Source of the DNA: Octopus bimaculoides
Taxonomy: Eukaryota
Direction of reading: 5' to 3'
NCBI RefSeq assembly: GCF_001194135.2
Contig: NC_068998.1
Coordinates: 7,965,808 to 8,013,142, forward strand
Length of the DNA: 47,335 nt
This document shows, one piece after another, positions 12,426 through 24,239 of this stretch (its first letter is position 1; each line of letters begins with the position of its first letter). The notes beneath the pieces are model-generated. The model worked only from the letters and a program-made list of their open reading frames with translations. It did not search any database and was not told the origin of the DNA. Both the position numbers and the translations under genes were made by a program.

Positions 12426-12509
12426 CAGACGATTACACACCCACCCTCGTACATGACATATATATATAACTACGCATGTATTAATGTATCTCTACATATA
12501 TAAGTATGC

Positions 12510-12550
<41 letters not shown>

Positions 12551-12568
12551 CGTGTGTGNNNNNNNNNN

Positions 12569-12616
<48 letters not shown>

Positions 12617-12791
12617 GTATAAATATATACATACATATATATATATATGTGTGTGTGTGTGTGTATGTGTGTGTTTGTGTTTGTGTATACGTGTACGTAG
12701 ATACATGCATACAAACACAGAATCACACACATCTAAATGGATGCATACGAACATACACACATACATATATATATCAAAATATGTGTTCGTG

Positions 12792-12836
<45 letters not shown>

Positions 12837-13007
12837 ATTCGTATACTGAAAGTCTGACCTGTCAATTATATTCAAAGGAAGAGAATAATGTGTCGAAAAA
12901 AAACGTGTGAAGTATAAAGAAAACCATGAAACGAATTTAAATATAGTTTTCTGTCTTTAACACGAAGAGTCATTCCTAAAATATCAGATTCTGTTTCCCT
13001 CTCACAG

Positions 13008-13052
13008 AAGCCGAATTCTTGCAATGTCACTCACATTATCGTGTGTTTCAAA
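13008..13052 (+). CDS. Candidate 45-nt symmetric exon (KPNSCNVTHIIVCFK in phase 0)
   Basis: Strong acceptor TTCTGTTTCCCTCTCACAG and donor AAA/GTAAGC. All three frames are open, so the frame was assigned only from neighbouring exons. Confidence 0.45.
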
Positions 13053-13197
13053 GTAAGCTGAATCTCACAGCAATAGCATTGCATGTCTGATATTCGTGTC
13101 TTGAATTATGCTTTGTTCTGAAATAATTCCTACAAGTCACAGAAAATAGTTTACTCCATTTAAAATCTGATTACTGGTTCTCAGAGGTAGTTTCTAG

Positions 13198-13334
13198 CTC
13201 GTCCTACTAAAAATACAAACCGAATTTCTCTTTCATGACATCCTTCTACTTTGATACGAGGAGGACAATATTGAGCAATTAATGCTTAATGCAAAATTAC
13301 TTGGAAATAACGATTGGAACGCCTTTAAACACAG
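13198..13334 (+). pseudogene. Candidate exon LVLLKIQTEFLFHDILLL*YEEDNIEQLMLNAKLLGNNDWNAFKH(S) with one in-frame TGA
   Basis: Acceptor TTTCTAG, donor CAG/GTACGA, TGA at 13252-13254. A rare GAG acceptor at 13260 would skip the stop. Confidence 0.45.
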
Positions 13335-13366
13335 GTACGATTATCCAGAAGTGACATAGCGTTGAC

Positions 13367-13465
13367 GAAGAAGAAGAAGAAGAAGAAGAAGAAGAAGAAG
13401 AAGAAGAAGAAGAAGAAGAAGAAGAAGAAGAAGAAGAAGAAGAAGACGACGACGACGACGACGAC
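13367..13465 (+). repeat. (GAA)26(GAC)7 compound microsatellite
   Basis: Read directly. Confidence 0.95.
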
Positions 13466-13637
13466 GAAGAATCACAAGAGCAACAGCAACAAAATCATCA
13501 CCAAATGCTACCACATCATGAAGCATGATATTGTTAAATACGTGAATGTCCTCCAATCAAATATTGTGTTGTTATTGAATGTTAAAATGGACAAAAGCAG
13601 CTTATATTAGACGAAATATCTCATACATATCTAATAT

Positions 13638-13674
13638 CATTTCGTCCGTGCTAACGTTTCTGCCAGCTCGCCGA
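13638..13674 (-). mobile_element. SINE family A, 5' head only
   Basis: The reverse complement is TCGGCGAGCTGGCAGAAACGTTAGCACGGACGAAATG. Confidence 0.6.
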
Positions 13675-15593
13675 CTTGACGGTGTTAGAATATTAGAAAC
13701 AGATTTACTGACATATTGTACAAGGACACCATTGTTATTTACTTGTAATATATCATAAAAGCGTCGTATGCAAATATATATTTGACTAAAGTGATGCTTC
13801 TTCATAGTCCTCTCGTTAAGCAAACCTATGAATTAGACTATATTGATCTAAAGCTATGTACTTTACCGTCCTTCTAATTGAGAAATTATAATAGAAATCC
13901 TTAGCCATTGAGCTACTGTGTATAAATGTATGGAGTTTCTGAAACGTAAAGTAGATAATTAAGATCACTATATAAAGCAATGGGAAAATATTTGCTAATG
14001 TGTTGGAAATATATTTTTGTAAAATTGAATAATCGTGAGATGATTTAAATCATTATTTGATAATTTAATTTGAATAATGAATATTTTCGTTTTCTCTTTC
14101 TGAATTCAACAAGTATTAGCAAAAATTATAAAGTTTATTTATTTGAAAACATTCAGAATTTACTCTCGATAATGTAGATTAATGGTTTTGAATTAAAATT
14201 AATCAAACAATTCAACTAACTCCGTTTAGATAAATATTGAAGGAATTCAATTAATTATTTCCTTTATATTAATTTTCTTAAATTAAATCATAGAAACACA
14301 GCAGTCGCCAGGTCAACATGCTAGTCTATTAGGAATGCAAGACGTTGAGTTTACATTCCAGCTCAACTTCCCATGTGTAAAACAAATTAATCTAGCTGTG
14401 AATAGGCTCTTCCTCCAAGCTAACAACGTATGCCGTTGTTTCAGGCGTATATTACGTTGAGGCTTTTAACCTATTAGGTTATTGACGTAACACCTAAGAG
14501 TTTGTCTTCGTGTAATGTATCTGTTCAAGTAGTTTCTCTTTGAAAGCCATATCCAGGGAAGAAATTAAAACCTACGCTGCATGCTAAATAAAGTCACGTG
14601 AAATGTACAGTGACGCTGTTAACATTGGTGTAATACACGGATACACGTCCGCGTAGCAAGTATTTCCAGGTGGTTGGAACGACTTAATACGAACTACATA
14701 CATCCGTCAAGGACACAATACAACACATGAAAGATACGTACAGTTGCAATAAGACAGCAATTAAATGACATTTGCCAGTGCCTCAGTAACCGATTTTTTT
14801 CAGATAATAACGATGATGATATAATGAAGCGCATCCCAATGTGAGACCATATTACGAATGGAAGATGGATTACTCTCCCATATATCATAGTGGCACAGAT
14901 ATTATCTGGTTAGAAGATTCATATATCACTTAAAATTATTCTATTACTTCAATTCAATTGGCAGCATGCAATCTTCGTAACCTCAACACCAATAAACTTG
15001 TTTAATATGCATCAACAAATTTTGAGATAATTTCAAAATGGAATAGTATACTCCGAAAATATAGCTAAATAAACGATAAACATCACCATGTTGTACATTG
15101 GAAATTGTTCACCAAATCTAATTAAATTTGACACATTACTGATGTATAGACATTAAATCTTCGGTTAATCTTAATCCAAAACATATAATGCCAAGATGTT
15201 TTCACGAGGCTATTTACAGCTCAAAACTCGAATAAAGCAGCAAATTGCATGGCCTGGAAATGTATCCTAAATTGTTCCAGTACGTTTTTCCGGCAGTATC
15301 GGAATACTAAATATTATTCGAATGTTATAGTGGATTAGCTTCCTCTCCAATGGGATTTAACATTTCATCAGCTTCCTGTAATGGACACCAGCAATATACA
15401 CTGAGTGATAACCTTTCTTTAGCGTAGAGGACATTTAAATTACCTATTCCAAGCACAATTTCTGATATGCTAATCTCAGTCAGAGAGCTTATATGATAAT
15501 TCGTACTGTAATAAGTAAAAATTATTGTTACCCCTTCTTTCTCAGTACAGCCCCTCTACACGCACGCACACACACATACACACACACTCACAT

Positions 15594-15783
15594 GCACGCT
15601 GGGCGAAATTCTTAATGGTATTTCGTCTGTTATGTTCTGAGTTCAAATTCCACCGAGGTCGACTTTTCCTTTCACCCTTTCGGTGTCGATAAATTAAGAA
15701 ACATTTGAGTACTGGGGTCAATGTAATCGATTATCCCCCTCTCCCATATTCCATGTCTTGTGCCTATAGTAGAAAGGATTATT
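15594..15783 (+). mobile_element. SINE family A
   Basis: Contains GCACGCTGGGCGAAAT...GAGTTCAAATTCCACCGAGGTCGACTTT...TCGATAAATTAAG...TACTGGGGTCAATGTAATCGA...CTTGTGCCTATAGTAGAAAGGATT. Confidence 0.8.
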
Positions 15784-16562
15784 TTTTTTTATTATTAGAT
15801 GTCCTATTTTGTATTCTTTTCCAAATATATCTCAAACACGGTGTGTTCCTTACTGGAGTGCATTAGTTTACCTTAAGTGTGTTTATATCCAAAGATATTA
15901 TATCGGTTAATATAATATCTTGTTAAGCGTCTTGATATTAATAAAATTCACTCAAATCCTTTCAAAGTAGTTTGTGTGTGTATATATATTTACATTATGA
16001 CATATCATTTCGTTTAGTTAATTAAATCAATTGTTTGTTGACGATTCCACTTCAAATACATCCTAAAATTTTTAAACAAAATAAAATTTAAGGAAAAAAA
16101 TGAAATGTGACAAAAACTCATCCGGTGATACTCGAAACCACCACTCCACCCGGCATATCGTTGCATAACTATGAGTCCTGAAGTACATCTAGTAACTTGA
16201 AAATTACCAATCAACTGTTTCCCAATTTTAAATGCTCTTTAATATTTTTGTATGACACAGGAAGTTAGCAAAACTATTCGTTTCGATTTTCTCATCAGTT
16301 AATATCAAAATAAAGAAATAAAGAATTTAAAGACGAATTTAAAGACGAAAAAATATTACCGAATGTTGAAACAAACAGAACTAATGATAACGTTAATTGA
16401 AAATAAAGTAGCTTCTGTTATTTCAAATTTTAACAAGTTTAAAAGCATGTTAGAAAATATTTTTAAAAAAGAGCTACATATATATATTGAAATAGTCATA
16501 TGCTACATTTATTTGTAAACATGGAACAATAACAAAAATGGAAATATCCAATACATTTTTAG

Positions 16563-16644
16563 CAATATTTCCATGAATAGCGCGCACTCAGATGAAGAGC
16601 TTTTGAAGACATTACAGAAAAGCACTTCCCCATTTAATTATCGA
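16563..16644 (+). CDS. Candidate exon (S)NISMNSAHSDEELLKTLQKSTSPFNYR
   Basis: Acceptor CATTTTTAG and donor CGA/GTATGT. Only the phase-2 frame is open, matching the phase-2 end of 13334. Confidence 0.45.
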
Positions 16645-16744
16645 GTATGTTTCGAAGTCTGATTCTCAAGGAGAAGAAAAAGAGAAAGAGACATTTTATG
16701 AAAATGATAAAATTGTAATGTTTCTCTACTAAAAGCATGTCATC

Positions 16745-16980
16745 AAGAAGGAGGAGGAAGAGGAGGAGGAGAGGAAATAGAAGAAGAAGAAAAAAATTGT
16801 AGTTGTGTTGATGGAGGTGGCGGTGGTTTTGGTGGTGCTGATTGAAGTGGCAGTAGTAGTAGTAATGGTGGTACTGGTGATAATGTTAATAATAATATTA
16901 GTAGCAATAGTAGTAGTAGTAGTGGTGGTGGTGGCGGTGGTGGTAGTGGTGGTGGCGGTGGTGGTGGTGGTGATGGTGGT
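16745..16980 (+). repeat. Compound GGA/GAA/GGT/AGT/AAT trinucleotide low-complexity tract
   Basis: Read directly. Confidence 0.85.
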
Positions 16981-17307
16981 AAAATAAGAGGATGGACAGT
17001 GAAGGATGAACAAAAACACTGCAGGAACAAAAATTATTTAAATGTAAAACACAAAGTACATAAAATCTGTAACAGAATAAAAAAAAAAATCTTAAAGAAA
17101 ATGTTAAATACATGTGTTATATCTCGGCGAACATGCACGCACATACCTCTTCATTTGAAATTATTTGAATGACTTCGGTAACGCATTCTCCACGTGAAAA
17201 CAAATTTATATCCTAGTAATTTAGACATCAATCTTCACCCTTTAGCAATCAGATTATTCTATCATCTGCAGTGCTTATTTATCTACATTGTCTTGAATTA
17301 ATCGTAG

Positions 17308-17401
17308 CTTCGAGAATTCGATGATGTGATTACTGACATTTATAATGATATTGCATGGCATGTGTGAAAAGCCGAATCTGGCCAGTTTGAACTTAAAACA
17401 G
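17308..17401 (+). pseudogene. Candidate exon LREFDDVITDIYNDIAWHV*KAESGQFELKT(V) with one in-frame TGA
   Basis: Acceptor ATCGTAG and strong donor CAG/GTAAGA, phase 0>1. TGA at 17365-17367; the other frames also close. Confidence 0.5.
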
Positions 17402-17506
17402 GTAAGATATTTTATCGAGATATGGTTGCTTTGAGGCTCAACTTTTAAAAGTTTTTCAAATGGAATCTGATTTTCGTAAATTTCTTCCACGTATCTATTT
17501 AGCCTG

Positions 17507-17508
<2 letters not shown>

Positions 17509-17583
<75 letters not shown>

Positions 17584-17584
17584 T

Positions 17585-17640
<56 letters not shown>
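17509..17640. repeat. (AT)n followed by (AGAT)n
   Basis: Read directly. Confidence 0.95.
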
Positions 17641-17641
<1 letters not shown>

Positions 17642-17645
17642 ACAG

Positions 17646-17706
17646 ACTTCTTTCAGTTTCTGCGTATGAAATCTACTCACAAGGCTTATGTCGGCATGAG
17701 GCTATA
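17646..17706 (-). mobile_element. SINE family B fragment
   Basis: ACTTCTTTCAGTTTC...ACTCACAAGGCTT.TGTCGGC..GAGGCTATA matches 9720-9785. Confidence 0.6.
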
Positions 17707-18082
17707 AACTATTGTCGTATTTTGTTTCTCACTTCTGAATGGTTCGTGCGATTGTGAGCCTTGTATTTTTCTGATTTGGTATTTAAAGTTCCGTTTCTGC
17801 CTGCTTTTACTATCCTGATCATTCTATAATCTCAATATATTTCACACCAAACACTTATCCTTAACAATCTCACACCACGCTCATTAGCAATGAACATGGT
17901 GTGAGGTAGCTCTCGAAATTATTGCTTGGTGTCAAATATGACAAAGGGAACTACAACCAGTTTCCCAACTATGAATATTTATTTCCCCTGATACCAATAT
18001 CGGCTCCGAATTCCTCTAGTTACGTTATTTCCATATTCCTAACTTCCCCAGCCTGTCTTTCTTACCACTGAACGTTTTGTTT

Positions 18083-18214
18083 GATTGGCACATCATATTG
18101 TTGTGTCCTATGCTACTAAATACACAGCAGCCAAGTAGAATATTTCTGATTGAACTCATCATAGTGGTGTGTCCTCTTCTACTACTAAAGACACAGCTAC
18201 CGAATAGAATATTT
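18083..18214. repeat. Diverged tandem duplication, two ~65-67 bp units
   Basis: GATTGGCACATCATATTGTTGTGTCCTATGCTACTAAATACACAGC...TAGAATATTT versus GATTGAACTCATCATAGTGGTGTGTCCTCTTCTACTACTAAAGACACAGC...TAGAATATTT. Confidence 0.85.
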
Positions 18215-19185
18215 GGCTGCCTTTCATTCACCTAGTTTTCGATCCTCTGGCTTCCATCTTATAGCATGCTACCCAACAAAGCTCATCCGCGATTAGGTTA
18301 TCATCTTCTATCCATGCCTATTTTCGTTGGTTATTATGTGAACAATTTACTCATCGTTGATAAGCTCGAAACGTCCTCTTGTTGCACTACACTTAGCAAC
18401 AGAAATTACTGACACTGAATTCCTTCTCTTGGATTTATTAGCTAATATATAATTTGCTATTCTGGAAACAGCTTCTGTCTTCACAAAGTAAAGATGTTTT
18501 AACTCAGTTAGTAAAGCAAGCTTGTCAATCTTGACAGGAATATACAATAAATAAAATAAAATAAGTAAAAGCCAACAAAAAACATATAAAATTAAAAATT
18601 AAATGCAAAAAACTTCTTTCAGTGACAATACAAAGAAAAGACATTACTGCATAATGGTTTATAATTTTTCTGTTTTTGTTTAATGGTTCAGCTTATTGTA
18701 TTTCACGAAGTGGCAAAAATTTTAATTAAAGGATTTGTCTTTTTATTATTTTTTTTAAATTCTTCATTCTACTGATTTTTAATTTTGTTTATTTTATTCA
18801 GCTGATTTATTTTGCATATTTTATTTTTGCGGTTTTAATTTGTGCTTCAGCACTCCAAGTACCTACCTATCAAACTTCGATGAGAATTTTTGCTTTGTGA
18901 TTTGTTCTATTCTCAATAATTGACTAAATAATGTATTTAGGAATCTCAATCATGTATTTTTTATTCCTTTATATTTTTTTTTTGTCTTTCGTTTGATTGA
19001 TTGATTGCTTATTTTTGGCTTTTGTTTATTCGCAGCTTGTTTAATTTATTCTCTATTTTTATTTTCGTATATTTTGTATTTTGTTCTGAATAGTATTCTT
19101 AGCACATGGTTTGGTAATTGATCTTTTTTCAAAGATACTTTTTGTTTATATATGTATATATATATACATATATGTTTGTGTTGTG

Positions 19186-19256
<71 letters not shown>

Positions 19257-19831
19257 CATTATTATTATTATTAGTAGTAGTAGTAGTATTAGTATTAGTA
19301 TTATCATTATTTAATGTTAAATTTTTTTGTCGAAAAAGTTTTCACTTCAACAAAATAGGAACGAATAAATGAATGAATCAAACATGAACATCGACTATAA
19401 AAAGAAGCAAAATTGAAAAAAAACAGCAATAAACGAAACAAAAAGAAATAAAATATTCAACTATAATTTATAACAAACTTTAAAATAGAATAAATAACAA
19501 CAACAACAACAACATCAACAATTAACACTAACACACTAATAGAAAAGCAAACCATAATAAAATCGAACCAAATAGAGTTAACACTAAATTTTAGTAAATA
19601 AAATTTAAAATAACTGCTCCATATTTAAAATTAGCCAGACAATCAGACCAGACACTTGGATACATACCATTGATTCGCAGGAATTAAATTGAGTGCAATA
19701 AGCTGTGAAACACACTAAAATAAAACGCTAATGTTATCTAAATGCTGTCTTTCAGCCAGCCATTCGTTCAGTCTTTCTTTATTTTTAATTCAATTTCATA
19801 CTGATAGTATTATTATCATCCTCATTATGGC

Positions 19832-19889
<58 letters not shown>

Positions 19890-20309
19890 TGATTCATTTT
19901 TCTCAGCATGATCAGACAAATTAGTTGTAGCTCTAAGCACAAAAGAAATAAATCACATCCTATTAGCAAGAATGATGAAATGTATACAAAATCTCACAGA
20001 CACACGTGCATACATAAGCAAGCAGTGGCACACACACGTACACACACACGCACATCTTGTTGGGTGCGTTTGTGTCTGTATATCTGTATGCATATATATA
20101 TATATATATAACGCTTACATATATATATGTATCTAAATATGTAATACGTATATATAAATATATATGGTTTTATATAGATATGTACACATCGTTACATTAT
20201 TTGTATGGGTATATAGATACACTGTGTGTGTGAAAACCATATGGATGATTTTTACCACGAATTATTTAATCTCGTGCAACAGTATATCGCGGATTGTATT
20301 GTTCAATAG

Positions 20310-20527
20310 TTTTTCTCAATACTTTACTCCGCTTGGCTTTGGCGAAAACGTTCATGATATCAGTGCATAATTACTTTGATGGAGACCTCTGGAAAGACAT
20401 TTTGTACGTAATGAATGCGGTTGAACAGCTGTATAAGACATAGTGAAGCATTGCCATTTGGAAGTTAAAGGACTGTTGTGTCCCAGGAGATGTGCAGTTC
20501 ATCCGATTTATGTGGGTCATATGAGAG
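20310..20527 (+). pseudogene. Candidate exon FLNTLLRLALAKTFMISVHNYFDGDLWKDILYVMNAVEQLYK, then stop or frameshift, then DIVKHCHLEVKGLLCPRRCAVHPIYVGHMR
   Basis: Acceptor TTGTTCAATAG (phase 1, matching 17401) and strong donor GAG/GTAAGT. The entry frame ends TAG TGA at 20441; a shifted frame is open from 20437 to the donor. Confidence 0.5.
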
Positions 20528-20837
20528 GTAAGTAAAAAAAGAAGGTAATGTAATGGTTACAATTTTATTATTATTTCTGTTTGTTTTTTTCTTTTTGAAA
20601 GAGATACAAAACAACGTTCAAGCATATAATCTACGAGCAGCCATTACTTTCAAGGATTATTCATAGGAGGTGAAAGTTTCATCACACCATCAGCTTACGA
20701 GTGCGAAATCAAACAGACCCTACTCCTTTTAACACAAACACACACACATGCAGAGACAGTCATATAAATATATATATATATATATATANNNNNNNNNNNN
20801 NNNNNNNNNNNNNNNNNNNNNNNNNNNNNNNNNNNNA

Positions 20838-20972
20838 CAAAACCCACTCATTCGCAAGTGTCAGTCGCCCTATGGCTACAGTAGAAGACACATTTCGAAG
20901 CTATCGCGGAGTGGAACCCGAGGCCATATCCTTGGAAAGCAAACTTTTACCACAGTGTCACGCTTACGCCTA
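20838..20972 (-). mobile_element. SINE family B, diverged
   Basis: Contains GGCTACAGTAGAAGACAC...GGAACCCGAG...TTTACCACAGTGTCACGCTTACGCCTA. Confidence 0.65.
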
Positions 20973-21027
20973 TGCCACATACAAATATATGTATGCACAC
21001 ACACGCACACACGCGCACACACACACA

Positions 21028-21082
<55 letters not shown>

Positions 21083-21469
21083 GTGTATATATAACATAGG
21101 GTCAGATAGATTGACACTTTCAATGGGCAATATATAAAGAAACTGATTAAGAACTGATGGCTAAATCCCCTCAATGTCCTGACATTTATTCCCTGATGCA
21201 TTGTGACATTATAACCCTCTAGTTAAATGTAGTTCATATACTTTAGTGGATAACGAATTAGAGGTAATTAATGTTGATTAATGTAATTAACTATCATTTG
21301 AGTTGTTGGTAATTAAATGATTTCTCGTAGAATTATGGATATTTAATATCATTCAGTGGTCTTATTAGAAATAATTCTAGCAGCATTGATAAACAAACAT
21401 AAAACTTTCACACAGTATACGTACAAAGATAATATTATACTCCAAAGAGAAGAGAAATTCCTGCTCTAG

Positions 21470-21578
21470 TACACGTTAAGGACACACTAATCAGAAGCAG
21501 ATTAGTGAGGAAGAAACAAGAAATGAAATGGTGTTTCTATAAGAAGCAAGTTTCCAGAATTTTGCAATATCCTCACCG
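21470..21578 (+). CDS. Weak candidate exon (V)HVKDTLIRSRLVRKKQEMKWCFYKKQVSRILQYPH(R)
   Basis: Acceptor TTCCTGCTCTAG; only phase 1 is open, fitting 20527. The donor CG/GTGAAC is weak. Confidence 0.25.
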
Positions 21579-21678
21579 GTGAACGGGTTCAAAATGTTGC
21601 AACAAGCTGCAATGCAAATAAAGAGCGTAAAGCAATATGCTGTTAGACATTTTGAAAATGATATTTTAAATATAATAT

Positions 21679-21880
21679 TGGTGTGAAATTTTTAACACAA
21701 GTCCAGCAATTTCGTAGGTGATGTTAAGTGGATTACATGGACCCTAATTCTCACTGTTAATTATTTTATAGACCCCAAAAAGATGAAACATAATGTCGAC
21801 CTCAGGTAGGATTTGAACTTAGGACGGATGAAATAACACTAAGAGTTTTACCTAGCGTGATAACGATTTTGGCAGCTCAC
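21679..21880 (-). mobile_element. SINE family A, diverged
   Basis: Contains GTCGACCTCAGGTAGGATTTGAACT...GAAATACACTAAG...TAACGATTTTGGCAGCTC. Confidence 0.65.
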
Positions 21881-21892
21881 ACAATTTTGAGA

Positions 21893-22108
21893 ATTGGTTT
21901 CAAATTTTGGTAACAAGGGAGCATTTTTTGGGGGTGGGGAGGGAAGTCATTCACATCGACTTAGGGTCAGATAGATTGACACTTAAATAGTTCAACTGCT
22001 ATTTATTCTATCGATTCAGAAAGAAATGAAACGCAAAGTCGGCGAAATTTGAACTCAAAAACTGACCAAATGCCATTATGAATTCGCCCGGAGTGTTGAC
22101 GATTCTGA
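21893..22108 (-). mobile_element. SINE family A, diverged, in tandem with the previous copy
   Basis: Contains ATTGGTTTCAAATTTTGG...ACATCGAC...GCAAAGTCGGCGAAATTTGAACTC...TTCGCCCGGAGTGTTGACGATTCTG. Confidence 0.65.
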
Positions 22109-23011
22109 TAACTTTTTAATTTTGAGCAAAATATTGAAAGAATATTTTATCACCATGAAATTCTTTTCAATATCCCAACTATTCTATCCTGAACTCTGTA
22201 AAGTTTTCCGTTAGAATAATATTGCTCTTATTTAAAATTTATTCTTGTTATAAAAGAAGAAATTTCACTGTTACATGGAATTCGTGATCAGCAACATGAC
22301 TATTATTTTATTATATAAAAGGTTAAAATTTTAGCTGTATGACTTGGCTGTTTCTATCGTCCTTACCATGAAATAATTCTTTGTGTATTTCACTGCCATT
22401 TCACGACTTCCGTTTGTTAACGCAACCAAAATTCAAGCCTTTTATGTTAAGCAAAAATGCTCTCTTTAAATCTGAAATGAGACGCCAATGGAATCGTGTG
22501 AATTTGCTGCAGTTATCCATTAGAACAAATTAACTGACAACACTGCTAAAACCCACCTCATTTATTTGCATGCAGTCAATCACCAACAATGTCCCTCAAG
22601 TTCAGAGGCAAACTCCCTTCACACTATGATATTTATAACGCAACAAGACGGTAACTGCTCTGTGGAGTTTGCTGGTTGCGTACCAAAACATTCCTCTTTA
22701 ACTTGAAATGCATCATATATATTTTTATTATTCATTATCTTCTTGTTCCCAAAAGACCTGAATCGGAGAAAGTCAGTAAACGAACACTACTCTGACTCAG
22801 GAACCGATATACTATACGTGTATGTGTTTGTNNNNNNNNNNNNNNNNNNNNNNNNNNNNNNNNNNNNNNNNNNNNNNNNNNNNNNNNNNNNNNNNNNNNN
22901 NNNNNNNNNNNNNNNNNNNNNNNNNNNNNNNNNNNNNNNNNNNNNNNNNNNNNNTGTATGCATGTATGTATGTATGTATATCTACACACACACACACACA
23001 CGCACAGACAC

Positions 23012-23074
<63 letters not shown>

Positions 23075-24011
23075 GAGAGAGAGAGAGGCACACTCCCTCC
23101 TCCGTCAGATATTTCTAACGTAACAAAACAGCAACTATTCTTGCGAGTTTGCTGGTTGCGTACCACAACGATCATCGCCCTGTCGATATATTCTCCTGCG
23201 TCTATGTACCAACACATACACACACACGCGCACACACGCATGCTCGAATATGTGAATATATAAATATAAATATACTAGCCTTGAGTAGATAATGAATTAG
23301 TAAGTTTCAGATATTTCGTACAGTCACTGGTCACTAATTCAGATATAATTCAATATGTGAGGCATATGGATCTCGTGAGGCCAATTCGAATTTTTGCTTC
23401 TATAGATCGCACTTTAATTTACATGTTTTAATTTACATCTAATTTTGTTGTCCTATATGTGTTGTAAGAATTTTGAAATATGTAGTTTTACCTATGGGGA
23501 ATACAGATAACTACATGATACAGGTAAAGTAATATTTACACTAATATTTACCATGTTAACTCTGGCACCTCCTGTTTATGTGGTGCTTGCTTAATTACAA
23601 ATCTCTTCCATGGTAGTATTTCAATGAAGAAACTACATGTAAATTAAAACTTGATTAATACAAAGAAACATTCGAATAGTCTTCACAAGTAAGCTCTACA
23701 CGTCCCATATACATACATATATATATATCTTTATATATATGCATATATATGAGTGTATATNNNNNNNNNNNNNNNNNNNNNNNNNNNNNNNNNNNNNNNN
23801 NNNNNNNNNNNNNNNNNNNNNNNNNNNNNNNNNNNNNNNNNNNNNNNNNNNNNNNNNNNNNNNNNNNNNNNNNNNNNNNNNNNNNNNNNNNNNNNNNNNN
23901 NNNNNNNNNNNNNNNNNNNNNNNNNNNNNNNNNNNNNNNNNNNNNNNNNNNNNNNNNNNNNNNNNNNNNNNNNNNNNNNNNNNNNNNNNNNNNNNNNNNN
24001 NNNNNNNNNNN

Positions 24012-24047
<36 letters not shown>

Positions 24048-24203
24048 CATATTCATATGTTTATATATAAGTATATATACTTATATACATATCGGATCAT
24101 CAATGTGTGTAGTGCGTGTATATGTAGGTACCTGTGTATATACACGTATGCACACAAATATACATATATTCCTGCATACACACACAAATATTCACTCACT
24201 CAA

Positions 24204-24239
<36 letters not shown>

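Larger units (their letters stand above)
7260..20527 (+). pseudogene. Multi-exon gene model (six phase-consistent exons) for an unidentified protein, carrying in-frame stops and a probable frameshift
   Basis: AG/GT-bounded exons: 7260-7442 (phase 0>0), 13008-13052 (0>0), 13198-13334 (0>2), 16563-16644 (2>0), 17308-17401 (0>1), 20310-20527 (1>1). There is TGA at 13252 and 17365, and TAG or a frameshift near 20437-20443. The 5' start was not found. Confidence 0.45.

Noticed and set aside
16014-18547. Minus-strand protein-like ORFs (LIGNFQVTRCTSGLIVMQRYAGWSGGFE; IDKLALLTELKHLYF..RGRFELINDE)
   Set aside because: The splice sites are weak, no phase-consistent chain links them, and they interleave with the better-supported plus-strand exons.
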